Positions 20,340 through 29,527 of a DNA stretch of 37,631 nt are shown here, one piece after another. The notes beneath the pieces are model-generated. The model saw only the letters and a list, made by a program, of their open reading frames with translations, did no database searches and was not told where the DNA came from. Origin of the DNA: Saprospiraceae bacterium (GTDB taxonomy: Bacteria > Bacteroidota > Bacteroidia > Chitinophagales > Saprospiraceae); the NCBI GenBank assembly GCA_043769965.1, contig JAYVIT010000199.1, positions 1 through 37,631 of the forward strand. Direction: 5' to 3'. Position numbers and translations under genes: made by a program. The stretch's first letter is position 1. Every line of letters begins with the position of its first letter.

Positions 20340-20974
20340 GCCTCATATTTTTTATACATGACTATGCCATAAATAATGTGGAATAATCCGAATCCAACTG
20401 CCCAAAATAAAAGACCAAAACCTATATAGTATGATGCCAATAGTCCAAGGATAATTTCACAGATTCCCAAATAACGAATATCCTCCAAAGTGTACTTACT
20501 TGCATTTATTAATGCCAATCCGTAAAAGATTAAAGTAACCGGAGCAAGTAATCCGACAAATCCATGATAAATCAAAACCAGACAAAACAATCCCCCCGTG
20601 ATAAGCGGTATCATCAAGTTGATGAGCAGACGCTTTGCGATTGGATCCCAAATCGATTGATCTTGTTCTTTGGCTTTCCTCTTTGTGAGGATAATTCCAG
20701 TTAAAAAAGATGCAATCAAAACACCCATAGCAACTGCGAAAACAAAAAGTGAAAATCCAGTATTCAATTCACCATTGTCCAAAATCGCCAATTGATAATA
20801 ACCAGGAATCCAAATACTTAAATTATAGCGCCAACAAACTATCCATACGCCAAGCAATGCAAACAGGCCTGCGAAAACGCCCGATAACCCGCTTAAAGAA
20901 ATAAACCGGGAAGAACGTTCCATCAAAGATCTTATCTCAGAAAGTGCTTGTAATTCTTCATTGTTCTTATTCAT
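20336..20974 (-). CDS. membrane protein, first gene of a three-gene operon with the wHTH regulator
   Basis: 212 aa with 5-6 TM helices and a 4-nt overlap with the regulator gene. Confidence 0.6.
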   Translation of the reverse strand: MNKNNEELQALSEIRSLMERSSRFISLSGLSGVFAGLFALLGVWIVCWRYNLSIWIPGYYQLAILDNGELNTGFSLFVFAVAMGVLIASFLTGIILTKRKAKEQDQSIWDPIAKRLLINLMIPLITGGLFCLVLIYHGFVGLLAPVTLIFYGLALINASKYTLEDIRYLGICEIILGLLASYYIGFGLLFWAVGFGLFHIIYGIVMYKKYEA

Positions 20975-21310
20975 ATTTAATTTTTATAAAGTACTTTGAA
21001 ATGCAAAGTTAGTCGATTTATTGGATTTTCAAATACTATAAAGAAAAAAAATAAGTAGGGATTAGAAGGAATTGAAGACAAACTCGTATTCCTATTCGGT
21101 TAGAGGAAATTCTTTATATCGGAGCTTAATTAAAATTATCCAGAATTCTCTTCCTGTCCTCATTCTTTCCTCCCATCAGAATTGTTGGGACCGGATCTTA
21201 TCCCGCTAACAAGATAAGACTTTTCATTTTAATCATAGAGTTCAATGAAGTTAATTTTTTGTTCGTCTTTAAAATATGGGTAGATTAATCGGAAGCCAGA
21301 ATTTAATCCA

Positions 21311-21991
21311 TTATTCCACAAATTTTTTCATCTCTTCAATTATTAAAAAAGTAGATTGTTCTGATCCTCTTTCAAGGTGCGAACCAATCCATTCTTCGAT
21401 ATAAGGATTTGCAAGAAGTACATTGAACTCTGCCTGTAGATATTTTTGAAGTTTAAGATCAGAATTTTTCAATTCTTCCCAAATGGTCTTTCTATTTTCC
21501 AGCACGAAAACAATATCTTCAAAATCCTTACTCGTCCTGCCATCATCATTCCCACGACCTTTAAAGGCTTCCAACTTAGTAGCAATAAAATATGGAGCAA
21601 TCAATATTTTTACAATATTGTTTTCATCAATTTGGTAATCCATTGCATTTTTAAAACCTTCCGGATACCAAAAATTCTTGAAACCAATTGAAGGATCATC
21701 GGTAGGCATTATGTCTACAATTATTCCTTGTATTTTAAACCTACATACAATTTTGGATTCCAAATCATGAACAAAACCAATACCTCTAAGCCGTTCTTCT
21801 AACTTAACTCTTTCTGAATAACTCAATATTTCAACAAGAACATCAATATCATCAGTAGGTCTTATTTCAAAAGCTAGTCTATCGGCGTATAAAGAAATTG
21901 TGGCTCCACCAATGAAAACTACTTTTTCTTTTAATTCACCTAAAGCATTATTTACTGCATTTATTCTAAGGATATTATTCAAATGACTCAT
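21311..21991 (-). CDS. nucleotidyltransferase-fold protein (AbiEii-like toxin candidate)
   Basis: Pol-beta NTase signature VFIGGATISLYADRLAFEIRPTDDIDVLVE (GG..x..D-D-x-D) and C-terminal K..AFKGRG...SKDFEDIVFVL. The start lies 1 nt after the stop of the upstream wHTH gene. Confidence 0.55.
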   Translation of the reverse strand: MSHLNNILRINAVNNALGELKEKVVFIGGATISLYADRLAFEIRPTDDIDVLVEILSYSERVKLEERLRGIGFVHDLESKIVCRFKIQGIIVDIMPTDDPSIGFKNFWYPEGFKNAMDYQIDENNIVKILIAPYFIATKLEAFKGRGNDDGRTSKDFEDIVFVLENRKTIWEELKNSDLKLQKYLQAEFNVLLANPYIEEWIGSHLERGSEQSTFLIIEEMKKFVE

Positions 21992-21992
21992 A

Positions 21993-22502
21993 CTACATCA
22001 TTTTTTTTAATTCGCTAAGAGCTAAATTTACTTCCCTCACTCGTCCAATGCGAATTACATCTACCAAGGCCAACAGTTTATAAAAAATTGCATCCACTTT
22101 TGCAGCTTCAACTTGTTTGGGATAAAATGGATCGATTTGTTGTCCTATAAGATTTCCATTTTTGTCTGGCCAAACATAAATTTCTTCACCCTTAAAGTGA
22201 TCCTTCATTAATTGATGCGAATGAGCTGTTGGCAACCCCCGCACTAAAGCTCCAGGCTTTTGAGGAAAAACATAACAGATTCCATGCTCCAGGAACTCGA
22301 ATAAGCTTTGTCGATTAACTTTTTTCTTACTGCTGTCAAGCAAGCTTGCTATTTGACTTCTGTTTAATGATTCTGAAATTTCAGAAACACTTATATATAA
22401 AGAAGTCGACAATTCAATCAATTTCCAATTTAAATCATCATTGGCCACTATTTTTAAAAGAATTGCGATGTCTTGTGGCCGCATTCCATTATGCTTTCTC
22501 AT
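21993..22502 (-). CDS. wHTH DNA-binding partner protein (AbiEi-like antitoxin/regulator candidate)
   Basis: N-terminal MRPQDIAILLKIVANDDLNWKLIELSTSLYISVSEISESLNR resembles a winged HTH. It is tightly coupled to the NTase gene, with a palindromic operator-like site directly upstream. Confidence 0.5.
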   Translation of the reverse strand: MRKHNGMRPQDIAILLKIVANDDLNWKLIELSTSLYISVSEISESLNRSQIASLLDSSKKKVNRQSLFEFLEHGICYVFPQKPGALVRGLPTAHSHQLMKDHFKGEEIYVWPDKNGNLIGQQIDPFYPKQVEAAKVDAIFYKLLALVDVIRIGRVREVNLALSELKKMM

Positions 22503-22520
22503 AACTCAAAAGTAGTAATA

Positions 22521-22553
22521 ATTTCGCATTTCGCGAAATGCGAAATGCGAAAT
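22521..22553. promoter_or_regulatory. operator-like palindrome upstream of the wHTH/NTase operon
   Basis: atttcgcatttcg|cgaaatgcgaaat is a perfect 26-bp palindrome (22521-22546) built from ATTTCGC/GAAATGC heptamers, with one extra gcgaaat copy. It sits 19 nt upstream of the ATG at 22502. Confidence 0.5.
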
Positions 22554-22560
22554 ATATTCC

Positions 22561-22664
22561 AACGTATCAAAATCGTACTTTTTCGTCTCATATCGTATCA
22601 TTTTTACTATTACTGATGAAATATCGTATCATAATCGTATATTTACGTATCATATCGTATCAAA
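22561..22664. repeat. eight phased CGTAT(C/A)-core direct repeats in the divergent promoter region upstream of fic
   Basis: Cores start at 22563, 22574, 22584, 22594, 22625, 22635, 22646 and 22656 (cgtatca, cgtact, cgtctca, cgtatca, cgtatca, cgtata, cgtatca, cgtatca). All spacings are 10-11 bp or about three helical turns. Confidence 0.55.
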
Positions 22665-22689
22665 ATAATCACTATTTTTGCAGAATCAT

Positions 22690-23727
22690 ATGAATGCAGT
22701 ACTAAAATTGAAAATTGACCTAGACTGGAAACTAATGTCAATTATTAGCCAAATTGATAGGTTTGATGCATCATGGACTTCAATTGAGAAAAAAGAAGGA
22801 AAGAGCCTGAAACAATTAAAAGCTATTGCAACTATAAGGAGTGTAGGTGCTTCAACAAGAATTGAAGGATCTAAAATGAGTGACAATGAAGTCGAAGTAC
22901 TTTTAAATAAATTAAATATTGATAAATTAGAGGATAGAGATTCCCAGGAAGTCACTGGATATTTTGAAGTGTTGGATTTGATTTCAGAATCTTATCCTGA
23001 TATTGACATTTCTGAGAATTCAATCAAAAATCTGCACAATCGCCTATTAAAATATAGCGAAAAAGACCAATGGCATAAAGGAAATTACAAACAACACAAC
23101 AACAGTGTCGAAGCAACATTAGCAGACGGAACTAAACAAATCATATTCGAAACAACATCACCAGGATTTGAGACAGAGGATGCCATGAAAGCCCTATTTG
23201 ATTGGTATAACAATGATTCATCAACACATTCTCTAGTAAAATCTGCAATTTTCACGTATGAATTTCTAAGTATTCATCCTTTTAAAGATGGCAATGGAAG
23301 ACTTAGTAGATTAATTTCAACTCTCTTATTACTAAAGCAATCTTATAACTGGATTCAGTATGTAAGCTTCGAGCATGAAATTGAAAATCGTAAAACAGAA
23401 TATTACATCGAATTAAGAAAATGCCAGGCCCAAAGACCGAATGAAAATGTTACTACATGGCTTCACTTTTTCTTTAATGTATTGATTACAATTCAGAACC
23501 AACTTTTGGCTAAGCTTGAAACAAAAGGAATCGAATCGAAACTTTCTCCAAAAGAAAAGTCAATTCTTGTATTTATTGAAGATCATCCTGGGTCAAAATC
23601 CGGAGATATTGCTTTAAAATTGGGGATTCCTAATCCGACGGTTAAAAGGATCTTATTTCAACTTGTAAAGCAGAACTTAATTGAAAAATTTGGATCCGGA
23701 CCAGGAACCAATTATGGATTAAAATAA
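22690..23727 (+). CDS. Fic-family (AMPylation/adenylyltransferase fold) protein, class II with N-terminal inhibitory motif and C-terminal wHTH
   Basis: Fic motif HPFKDGNGRLSR. Upstream inhibitory motif STRIEG fits [ST]xxxE[GN]. C-terminal SILVFIEDHPGSKSGDIALKLGIPNPTVKRILFQLVKQNLI is wHTH-like. ATG 22690 preferred over the track's TTG at 22678. Confidence 0.85.
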   Translation: MNAVLKLKIDLDWKLMSIISQIDRFDASWTSIEKKEGKSLKQLKAIATIRSVGASTRIEGSKMSDNEVEVLLNKLNIDKLEDRDSQEVTGYFEVLDLISESYPDIDISENSIKNLHNRLLKYSEKDQWHKGNYKQHNNSVEATLADGTKQIIFETTSPGFETEDAMKALFDWYNNDSSTHSLVKSAIFTYEFLSIHPFKDGNGRLSRLISTLLLLKQSYNWIQYVSFEHEIENRKTEYYIELRKCQAQRPNENVTTWLHFFFNVLITIQNQLLAKLETKGIESKLSPKEKSILVFIEDHPGSKSGDIALKLGIPNPTVKRILFQLVKQNLIEKFGSGPGTNYGLK

Positions 23728-23922
23728 AACACAGATGGAATTTATGGATACTAAGGATTGAAAATTATTGTCTAGAAAAATGGTCACATTAATAATTTAA
23801 AGCCAATTTATTACCTCATCCCATTAAGCATTCATTCACGTTTTTTTTAATAAGAAGCCTTTAAAATTTGGCCTCCCGGCTTACCTTTGCAGCGATTTTT
23901 AAAAGAATCAGGCAAAAGCGGT

Positions 23923-25230
23923 ATGAAGCAGCTTATAATTTTGTTTTTATTGATTTTTATTGGTTCGGGAAGAATATTCAGCCAGGAAAATGGTGGAGCT
24001 TCCGATTATTCTTTGGCGCAAACTGATGGTCATGAAGGCCACAATCACGGTCCAGAAGGTCATACTCATAATGCACCAGTATCAACTATAGCTCAACCAG
24101 CTCATGACTCCCACGAAGAACACAAATTCGACCCAAAATCTACTGCCTTTCATCATATTTCAGACCTCAATGTATATAGTATTGGACCCTGGAATTTTCC
24201 ATTGCCCTGCATATTGTATGCTCCTGGCAAAGGTTGGTCCGTATTTTCTTCAGGCAAATTTCACATCGATGATGCCCATCATGGTAGCGGACATAAAGTA
24301 ATTGATGGATATGTTTTAAATCATGGACGGATCAATAGAATTAGAAATGCTGAATCCCTCACAGGAGAAATGCAACTGAATGATATCATCAGTAAAAAAG
24401 AGACTGTGAATGGCAAAGAAAAAGATGTGGATTTTGCTATCATTAATGGACAAGAATATGCTTTAGATAAATCGAGTACTGCAGATGGAGGATTGTTTGG
24501 AGGAGGTATCACTTCATTCTATGATTTCTCCATTACTAAAAATGTATTCAGCATGATGTTGGTGTTTGCTTTGCTTTCATGGTTGTTTATTTCAATGGCC
24601 AGAAATTATAAAAAAGCACCAGGTACGGCTCCAAGTGGCGCACAATTACTAATGGAACCCATCATATTATTTATTCAGGATGAGGTGGCTAAACCCTTTC
24701 TCGGTGCAAAGTGGGAACGATTCATTCCGATGTTACTTGCGATATTCTTTTTTGTGTTAGCCCTCAACTTGTTTGGACAAATTCCATTCCTTGGCGGATC
24801 GAATGTGACCGGTAATCTTTCATTTACTTTGGTACTTGCATTGATTACTTTTATTGTTGTGAACATTAATGGCAACAAACATTATTGGGAACATATCTTG
24901 TGGATGCCTGGTATTCCTGCTTGGGTAAAAATCATTCTGACACCTGTAGAAATTTTAGGATTGTTTATCAAGCCAGTTACATTAACACTACGATTGTTTG
25001 CGAATATTACTGCCGGACATATCGCCATCCTGATCTTCATCAGTTTGATTTTCATTTTTGGAAATTCAGGAGAAAATCTTGGTGCCGGTATCGGCGCAAC
25101 AATTGGATCAGGATTACTGACTTTATTTATGATGTCAATAGAATTATTAGTTGCATTAATTCAAGCTTTTGTTTTTACAATATTGACTGCGTCTTATATC
25201 GGTGCTGCAACGGAAGAGCATCATCATTAA
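23923..25230 (+). CDS. atpB: F0F1 ATP synthase subunit a, with long N-terminal extension
   Basis: Conserved LTLRLFANITAGH motif, multiple TM helices and first position in the atp operon. ATG 23923 (MKQLIILFLL...) preferred over the track's TTG start. Confidence 0.9.
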   Translation: MKQLIILFLLIFIGSGRIFSQENGGASDYSLAQTDGHEGHNHGPEGHTHNAPVSTIAQPAHDSHEEHKFDPKSTAFHHISDLNVYSIGPWNFPLPCILYAPGKGWSVFSSGKFHIDDAHHGSGHKVIDGYVLNHGRINRIRNAESLTGEMQLNDIISKKETVNGKEKDVDFAIINGQEYALDKSSTADGGLFGGGITSFYDFSITKNVFSMMLVFALLSWLFISMARNYKKAPGTAPSGAQLLMEPIILFIQDEVAKPFLGAKWERFIPMLLAIFFFVLALNLFGQIPFLGGSNVTGNLSFTLVLALITFIVVNINGNKHYWEHILWMPGIPAWVKIILTPVEILGLFIKPVTLTLRLFANITAGHIAILIFISLIFIFGNSGENLGAGIGATIGSGLLTLFMMSIELLVALIQAFVFTILTASYIGAATEEHHH

Positions 25231-25376
25231 ACAGTTGGAAGCCTGCCTACCGAAGGTAGGTTTGCAGTTAGCAGTTAGCAGATGGCAAATTAGAGAATAG
25301 GAGTGATGACTGAAAATAAATTTCGATCATAAAGATGATCTGACAAAATTTGAAACCATATTATTTTTCATTATAA

Positions 25377-25598
<222 letters not shown>

Positions 25599-25669
25599 AA
25601 TTAATTGAGAAGGTATTCAGCGGTTGGCTGTTGTACCTTCTCTTCTTTAAAATCTTCAAGCAACTCAAT

Positions 25670-26197
25670 ATGAATTCATTTTTGTATACAATATTCCTCG
25701 TGGACTTTTCTCCACTAAAACCGGATTTCGGACTTTTCTTCTGGTCCGTTTTATTTTTTCTTTTATTCTGGTTGATCATCGGCAAGCTGGCATTCAAACC
25801 TATAATTAAAGCTTTGAAAGATCGACAGGATGAAATTCAAAATTCATTGGATTCTGCTAAAATCGCAAGGGCAGAGATGTCAACATTGAAAGCAGAAAAT
25901 GAAAAAATTCTTGCTGAAGCCCGTGAAGAAAAAATGAATATCATCAAGGAAGCTAAAGAATCTGCAACAATAGTCATAACGGAAGCTCGCGACAAAGCAA
26001 AAGAAGAAGCACAACGCGTATTGCAACAAGCAAAAATGGATATTGAGAATGCAAAAAAAGCTGCTATGGTCGATGTAAAAAATGAAATCGGAGCCATGGC
26101 CCTGCAAATTGCAGAAAAAGTAATCCGCAAAGAAATGGCAGATCAGAAGTCGAATGTGGAATACGTGAATAAGTTAGTTAACGAGGTTAATAATTGA
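25670..26197 (+). CDS. atpF: F0F1 ATP synthase subunit b
   Basis: Single N-terminal TM helix followed by a long charged helix (ALKDRQDEIQNSLDSAKIARAE...). Start placed at ATG 25670. Confidence 0.85.
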   Translation: MNSFLYTIFLVDFSPLKPDFGLFFWSVLFFLLFWLIIGKLAFKPIIKALKDRQDEIQNSLDSAKIARAEMSTLKAENEKILAEAREEKMNIIKEAKESATIVITEARDKAKEEAQRVLQQAKMDIENAKKAAMVDVKNEIGAMALQIAEKVIRKEMADQKSNVEYVNKLVNEVNN

Positions 26198-26248
26198 CAT
26201 CAATCAATAATCACCAATTTAGCAATTTAGCAATTTAACAATTAATCC

Positions 26249-26818
26249 ATGTCACAGATACAAATAGCAGAACGGTATGCAAAATCACTGATCGATTTGG
26301 CTCAGGAGCAAAAATTGCTTTCCGAAGTATTTGAAGATATGCGATCCATACAAGAAGTTTGCAGACACCCGGAATTTAAAACGATGCTACAAAGTCCTGT
26401 TATTTATTCAGATAAAAAACTGGCGATATTCAAACAACTGTTTGAAGGAAAAATCCAGGGTTTGAGTATGCATTTCATCACCTTACTCATTCAGAAAGGA
26501 AGAGAATCTATTTTAGGAGCTATTTGCACAGCTTTCATTGAACAATACAAAGTCATTAAAAAAATAAAAACAGCAAGACTCATTTCAGCAACAGAATTGG
26601 ATGAAACTGAATTGAATAAAATTAAAAACCGTTTTGCATTTTGGTTAAAACCCGGTGAAGTCATGGATCTTTCTCAAAAAGTAGATGCCAATCTCATTGG
26701 TGGTTTTATTTTGGAAATGGGTGATCAAAATTATGATGCAAGCATAAAAAGACAACTCGGAGAATTGAAAGACAATTTATATGATAAGAGTTATATCAGT
26801 TTGGTGGAGAAACGTTAA
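26249..26818 (+). CDS. atpH: F0F1 ATP synthase subunit delta
   Basis: N-terminus IAERYAKSLIDLAQEQ and C-terminal IGGFILEMGDQNYDASIKRQL are typical of delta/OSCP. Position in the operon also fits. Confidence 0.85.
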   Translation: MSQIQIAERYAKSLIDLAQEQKLLSEVFEDMRSIQEVCRHPEFKTMLQSPVIYSDKKLAIFKQLFEGKIQGLSMHFITLLIQKGRESILGAICTAFIEQYKVIKKIKTARLISATELDETELNKIKNRFAFWLKPGEVMDLSQKVDANLIGGFILEMGDQNYDASIKRQLGELKDNLYDKSYISLVEKR

Positions 26819-26832
26819 TCAGACCGCCGACC

Positions 26833-26854
26833 ACCTGCCTGCCGGCAGGCAGGT
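26833..26854. repeat. perfect 22-bp GC-rich palindrome inside the atpH-atpA spacer
   Basis: acctgcctgcc|ggcaggcaggt, flanked by CCGAC-rich words, in an otherwise AT-rich 160-nt intra-operon spacer. Confidence 0.6.
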
Positions 26855-26978
26855 TGACCACCGACGACCGACAATTTAAAAATAAAGAATGAAAAATTAT
26901 TAATTGTAAAAACCACTGTAAACTGTTAACTGCCAACTTTTCTAACAACCATCAACTAACAACTAACATCTAAATATT

Positions 26979-28568
26979 ATGGTATCAATAAGACCGGAAG
27001 AAATTTCAGCGATTTTAAAACAACAGATTTCAGGAGCAAATACAGCTGCATCTCTTGAGGAAGTAGGAATTGTGTTACAAGTAGGAGATGGTATTGCCCG
27101 TGTGTATGGATTGTCCAATGCACAATCAGGTGAACTTGTAGAATTTGAAACAGGAACACAAGCCATCGTATTAAACCTGGAAGCAGATAATGTGGGTGTG
27201 GTATTGATGGGTCCTTGGGATGGAATTAAAGAAGGTTCTAAAGTACGACGCACCGGAAAAATTGCATCTATTGATGTTGGAGAAGGAATGGTTGGACGCG
27301 TTGTCAATCCATTGGGACAACCAATCGATGGTAAAGGTCCGATCTCGGGTACGAAATATGAAATGCCATTAGAGCGCAAAGCACCCGGTGTTATTTTCCG
27401 TCAGCCGGTAAATGAGCCATTGCAAACTGGAATCAAAGCAATTGACTCGATGATTCCAATTGGTAGAGGTCAACGTGAGTTAATAATCGGCGACCGTCAA
27501 ACTGGAAAGACTGCAATTGCTATTGATACTATTATAAATCAAAAAGAATTTTTCGATAGAGGTGAACCCGTTTTTTGCATCTATGTAGCATCCGGACAAA
27601 AATCATCTACAGTTGCGAAAGTTGCAAGGACTTTAGAAGAATATGGAGCGATGTCTTATACTGTCATTGTATCTGCATCAGCTGCCGATCCGGCACCATT
27701 GCAGTTCTTTTCACCATTTGCGGGTGCAGCAATTGGCGAATTTTTCCGCGACACCGGTCGTCCTGCATTAGTAATCTATGATGACTTATCAAAACAAGCT
27801 GTTGCATATCGTGAAGTATCTCTGTTGCTTCGTCGCCCACCGGGACGTGAAGCATATCCTGGAGATGTATTTTATCTGCATTCAAGATTATTGGAGAGAG
27901 CTGCAAAGATTCTCAACAATGATGAAATTGCAAGAACAATGAACGATTTACCAGATTCATTGAAGAATGCAGGAATCGTAAAAGGTGGTGGTTCTTTGAC
28001 AGCGTTGCCAATTATCGAAACACAAGCAGGTGACGTTTCTGCATATATTCCTACAAACGTAATTTCAATTACAGACGGACAGATCTTTCTTGAATCCAAC
28101 TTATTCAATGCTGGTATTCGACCTGCAATCAACGTTGGTATTTCCGTATCGCGTGTGGGTGGTAATGCACAAATCAAATCCATGAAAAAAGTTGCAGGTA
28201 CTTTAAAACTGGATCAGGCACAATACCGCGAACTGGAAGCCTTTTCAAAATTTGGTTCTGATCTCGACGCTGCTACTAAAGCAGTTCTCGATAAAGGAAA
28301 ACGAAATGTGGAAATTTTGAAACAAGCGCAATACAGTCCGGTATCAGTTGAAAAACAAGTTGCGATGATTTATCTGGGTACATTCAATTTGTTGAGAGAT
28401 GTTCCAGTTGAAAAAGTGAAAGATTTTGAAAATGTGATTCTCACTACACTCGAACAAAAACATCCTGATATATTGGAAAATTTCCGCAAAGGTCTATTGA
28501 ATGATGCGGATTTAAATATTCTCAAAGGGATTGCAGCAGATATGAGTTCCCAATACAAGGTAGCATGA
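26979..28568 (+). CDS. atpA: F0F1 ATP synthase subunit alpha
   Basis: Walker A GDRQTGKT, plus [19 protein letters not shown] and the overall highly conserved sequence. Confidence 0.97.
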   Translation: MVSIRPEEISAILKQQISGANTAASLEEVGIVLQVGDGIARVYGLSNAQSGELVEFETGTQAIVLNLEADNVGVVLMGPWDGIKEGSKVRRTGKIASIDVGEGMVGRVVNPLGQPIDGKGPISGTKYEMPLERKAPGVIFRQPVNEPLQTGIKAIDSMIPIGRGQRELIIGDRQTGKTAIAIDTIINQKEFFDRGEPVFCIYVASGQKSSTVAKVARTLEEYGAMSYTVIVSASAADPAPLQFFSPFAGAAIGEFFRDTGRPALVIYDDLSKQAVAYREVSLLLRRPPGREAYPGDVFYLHSRLLERAAKILNNDEIARTMNDLPDSLKNAGIVKGGGSLTALPIIETQAGDVSAYIPTNVISITDGQIFLESNLFNAGIRPAINVGISVSRVGGNAQIKSMKKVAGTLKLDQAQYRELEAFSKFGSDLDAATKAVLDKGKRNVEILKQAQYSPVSVEKQVAMIYLGTFNLLRDVPVEKVKDFENVILTTLEQKHPDILENFRKGLLNDADLNILKGIAADMSSQYKVA

Positions 28569-28633
28569 TTTGATAATCTATCAACTAACAACCAACTCCC
28601 GACTTTCGGGACCAGAACTATCAACTTTAAAAC

Positions 28634-29527
28634 ATGGCAGCCAATTTAAAAGAAGTACGGAATCGAATCAAGTCGGTGGTTTCTACACAGCAGATTACTA
28701 AAGCCATGAAAATGGTTTCTGCTGCAAAACTCAGAAAAGCACAAACTGCTATTCAACAGTTGAGGCCATATGCAATCCGTTTAAATAAAACATTGAGCAA
28801 TATACTTTCAGGTGGTGATGGTGGTTCGGGATCATTTGGAAAAATGACACAAAAACAAAAACCACTATTGATCATCATAACTTCTGACAGAGGATTGTGT
28901 GGTGGATTCAATGCCAACATTCACAAATTGGCCAATGCGTATATCAAAGAACATTATACAAATCAGCAGGCAGCTGGTAATTTAAATTTTCTATGTATTG
29001 GAAAGAAAGGATTTGAATTTTTCAGACGCCGTTATCCAACTGCAAATTTCATTACGGATTACCAGCAATTATATAGTAACCACAGTTTTGAAAAAATCGC
29101 CGAACTCGCAGACCGCTTGATGAAAGATTTTCAGGATGGTACTTATGATCAGATGGAATTATATTACGGCAGATTTAAAAATGCAGGTACACAGTTTCCA
29201 GAAAGAGAACAATACCTTCCTGTTGCAAAACTTGCCGTAGAAAAAAACAACACAACTGAAATGGGCCCGGACTATATTTTTGAGCCCGATCAAAAATCTC
29301 TATTGGATGAGTTAATTCCTTCTATATTACAAACACAAATTTTCAAATGTCTTCTCGATACGCAAGCATCTGAACATGGTGCGCGTATGACCGCCATGGA
29401 CAAAGCCACCGAAAATGCGGAAGATATGCTCGGCGAACTCCGTATCAACTACAACAAAGCAAGACAGGAAGCGATCACTAAAGAATTATCGGAGATTGTT
29501 GGTGGGGCGGCTGCGCTTGCAGGGTAA
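28634..29527 (+). CDS. atpG: F0F1 ATP synthase subunit gamma
   Basis: N-terminus LKEVRNRIKSVVSTQQITKAMKMVSAAKLRKAQ and C-terminus ARQEAITKELSEIVGGAAAL. Confidence 0.95.
   Translation: MAANLKEVRNRIKSVVSTQQITKAMKMVSAAKLRKAQTAIQQLRPYAIRLNKTLSNILSGGDGGSGSFGKMTQKQKPLLIIITSDRGLCGGFNANIHKLANAYIKEHYTNQQAAGNLNFLCIGKKGFEFFRRRYPTANFITDYQQLYSNHSFEKIAELADRLMKDFQDGTYDQMELYYGRFKNAGTQFPEREQYLPVAKLAVEKNNTTEMGPDYIFEPDQKSLLDELIPSILQTQIFKCLLDTQASEHGARMTAMDKATENAEDMLGELRINYNKARQEAITKELSEIVGGAAALAG

Noticed and set aside
21196-21230. Plus-strand terminator-like hairpin (tcttatc-N10-gataaga followed by cttttcatttt) in the 335-bp gap between two minus-strand operons
   Set aside because: There is no plus-strand ORF or recognisable RNA upstream that it could terminate, and the stem is short and AT-rich. 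It is noted but cannot be interpreted from sequence alone.
23867-23889. Possible atp operon promoter: TAccTTTG (23882-23889) matches the Bacteroidota -7 element
   Set aside because: The only upstream TTTG (23867-23870) is 11 nt away, too close for a -33 element. A single 8-mer match in AT-rich DNA is weak evidence, so it is not listed as a feature.
25837-28624. Antisense or overlapping ORFs within atpF, atpA and elsewhere (e.g. 25837..26130-, 26963..27379-, 27872..28183-, 28370..28624-). There are similar ones inside cas9 (30287..30478-, 33583..33825-), the NRAMP gene, the caspase genes and others.
   Set aside because: They lie fully within strongly supported genes on the other strand or frame. 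They are shadow ORFs without recognisable motifs.
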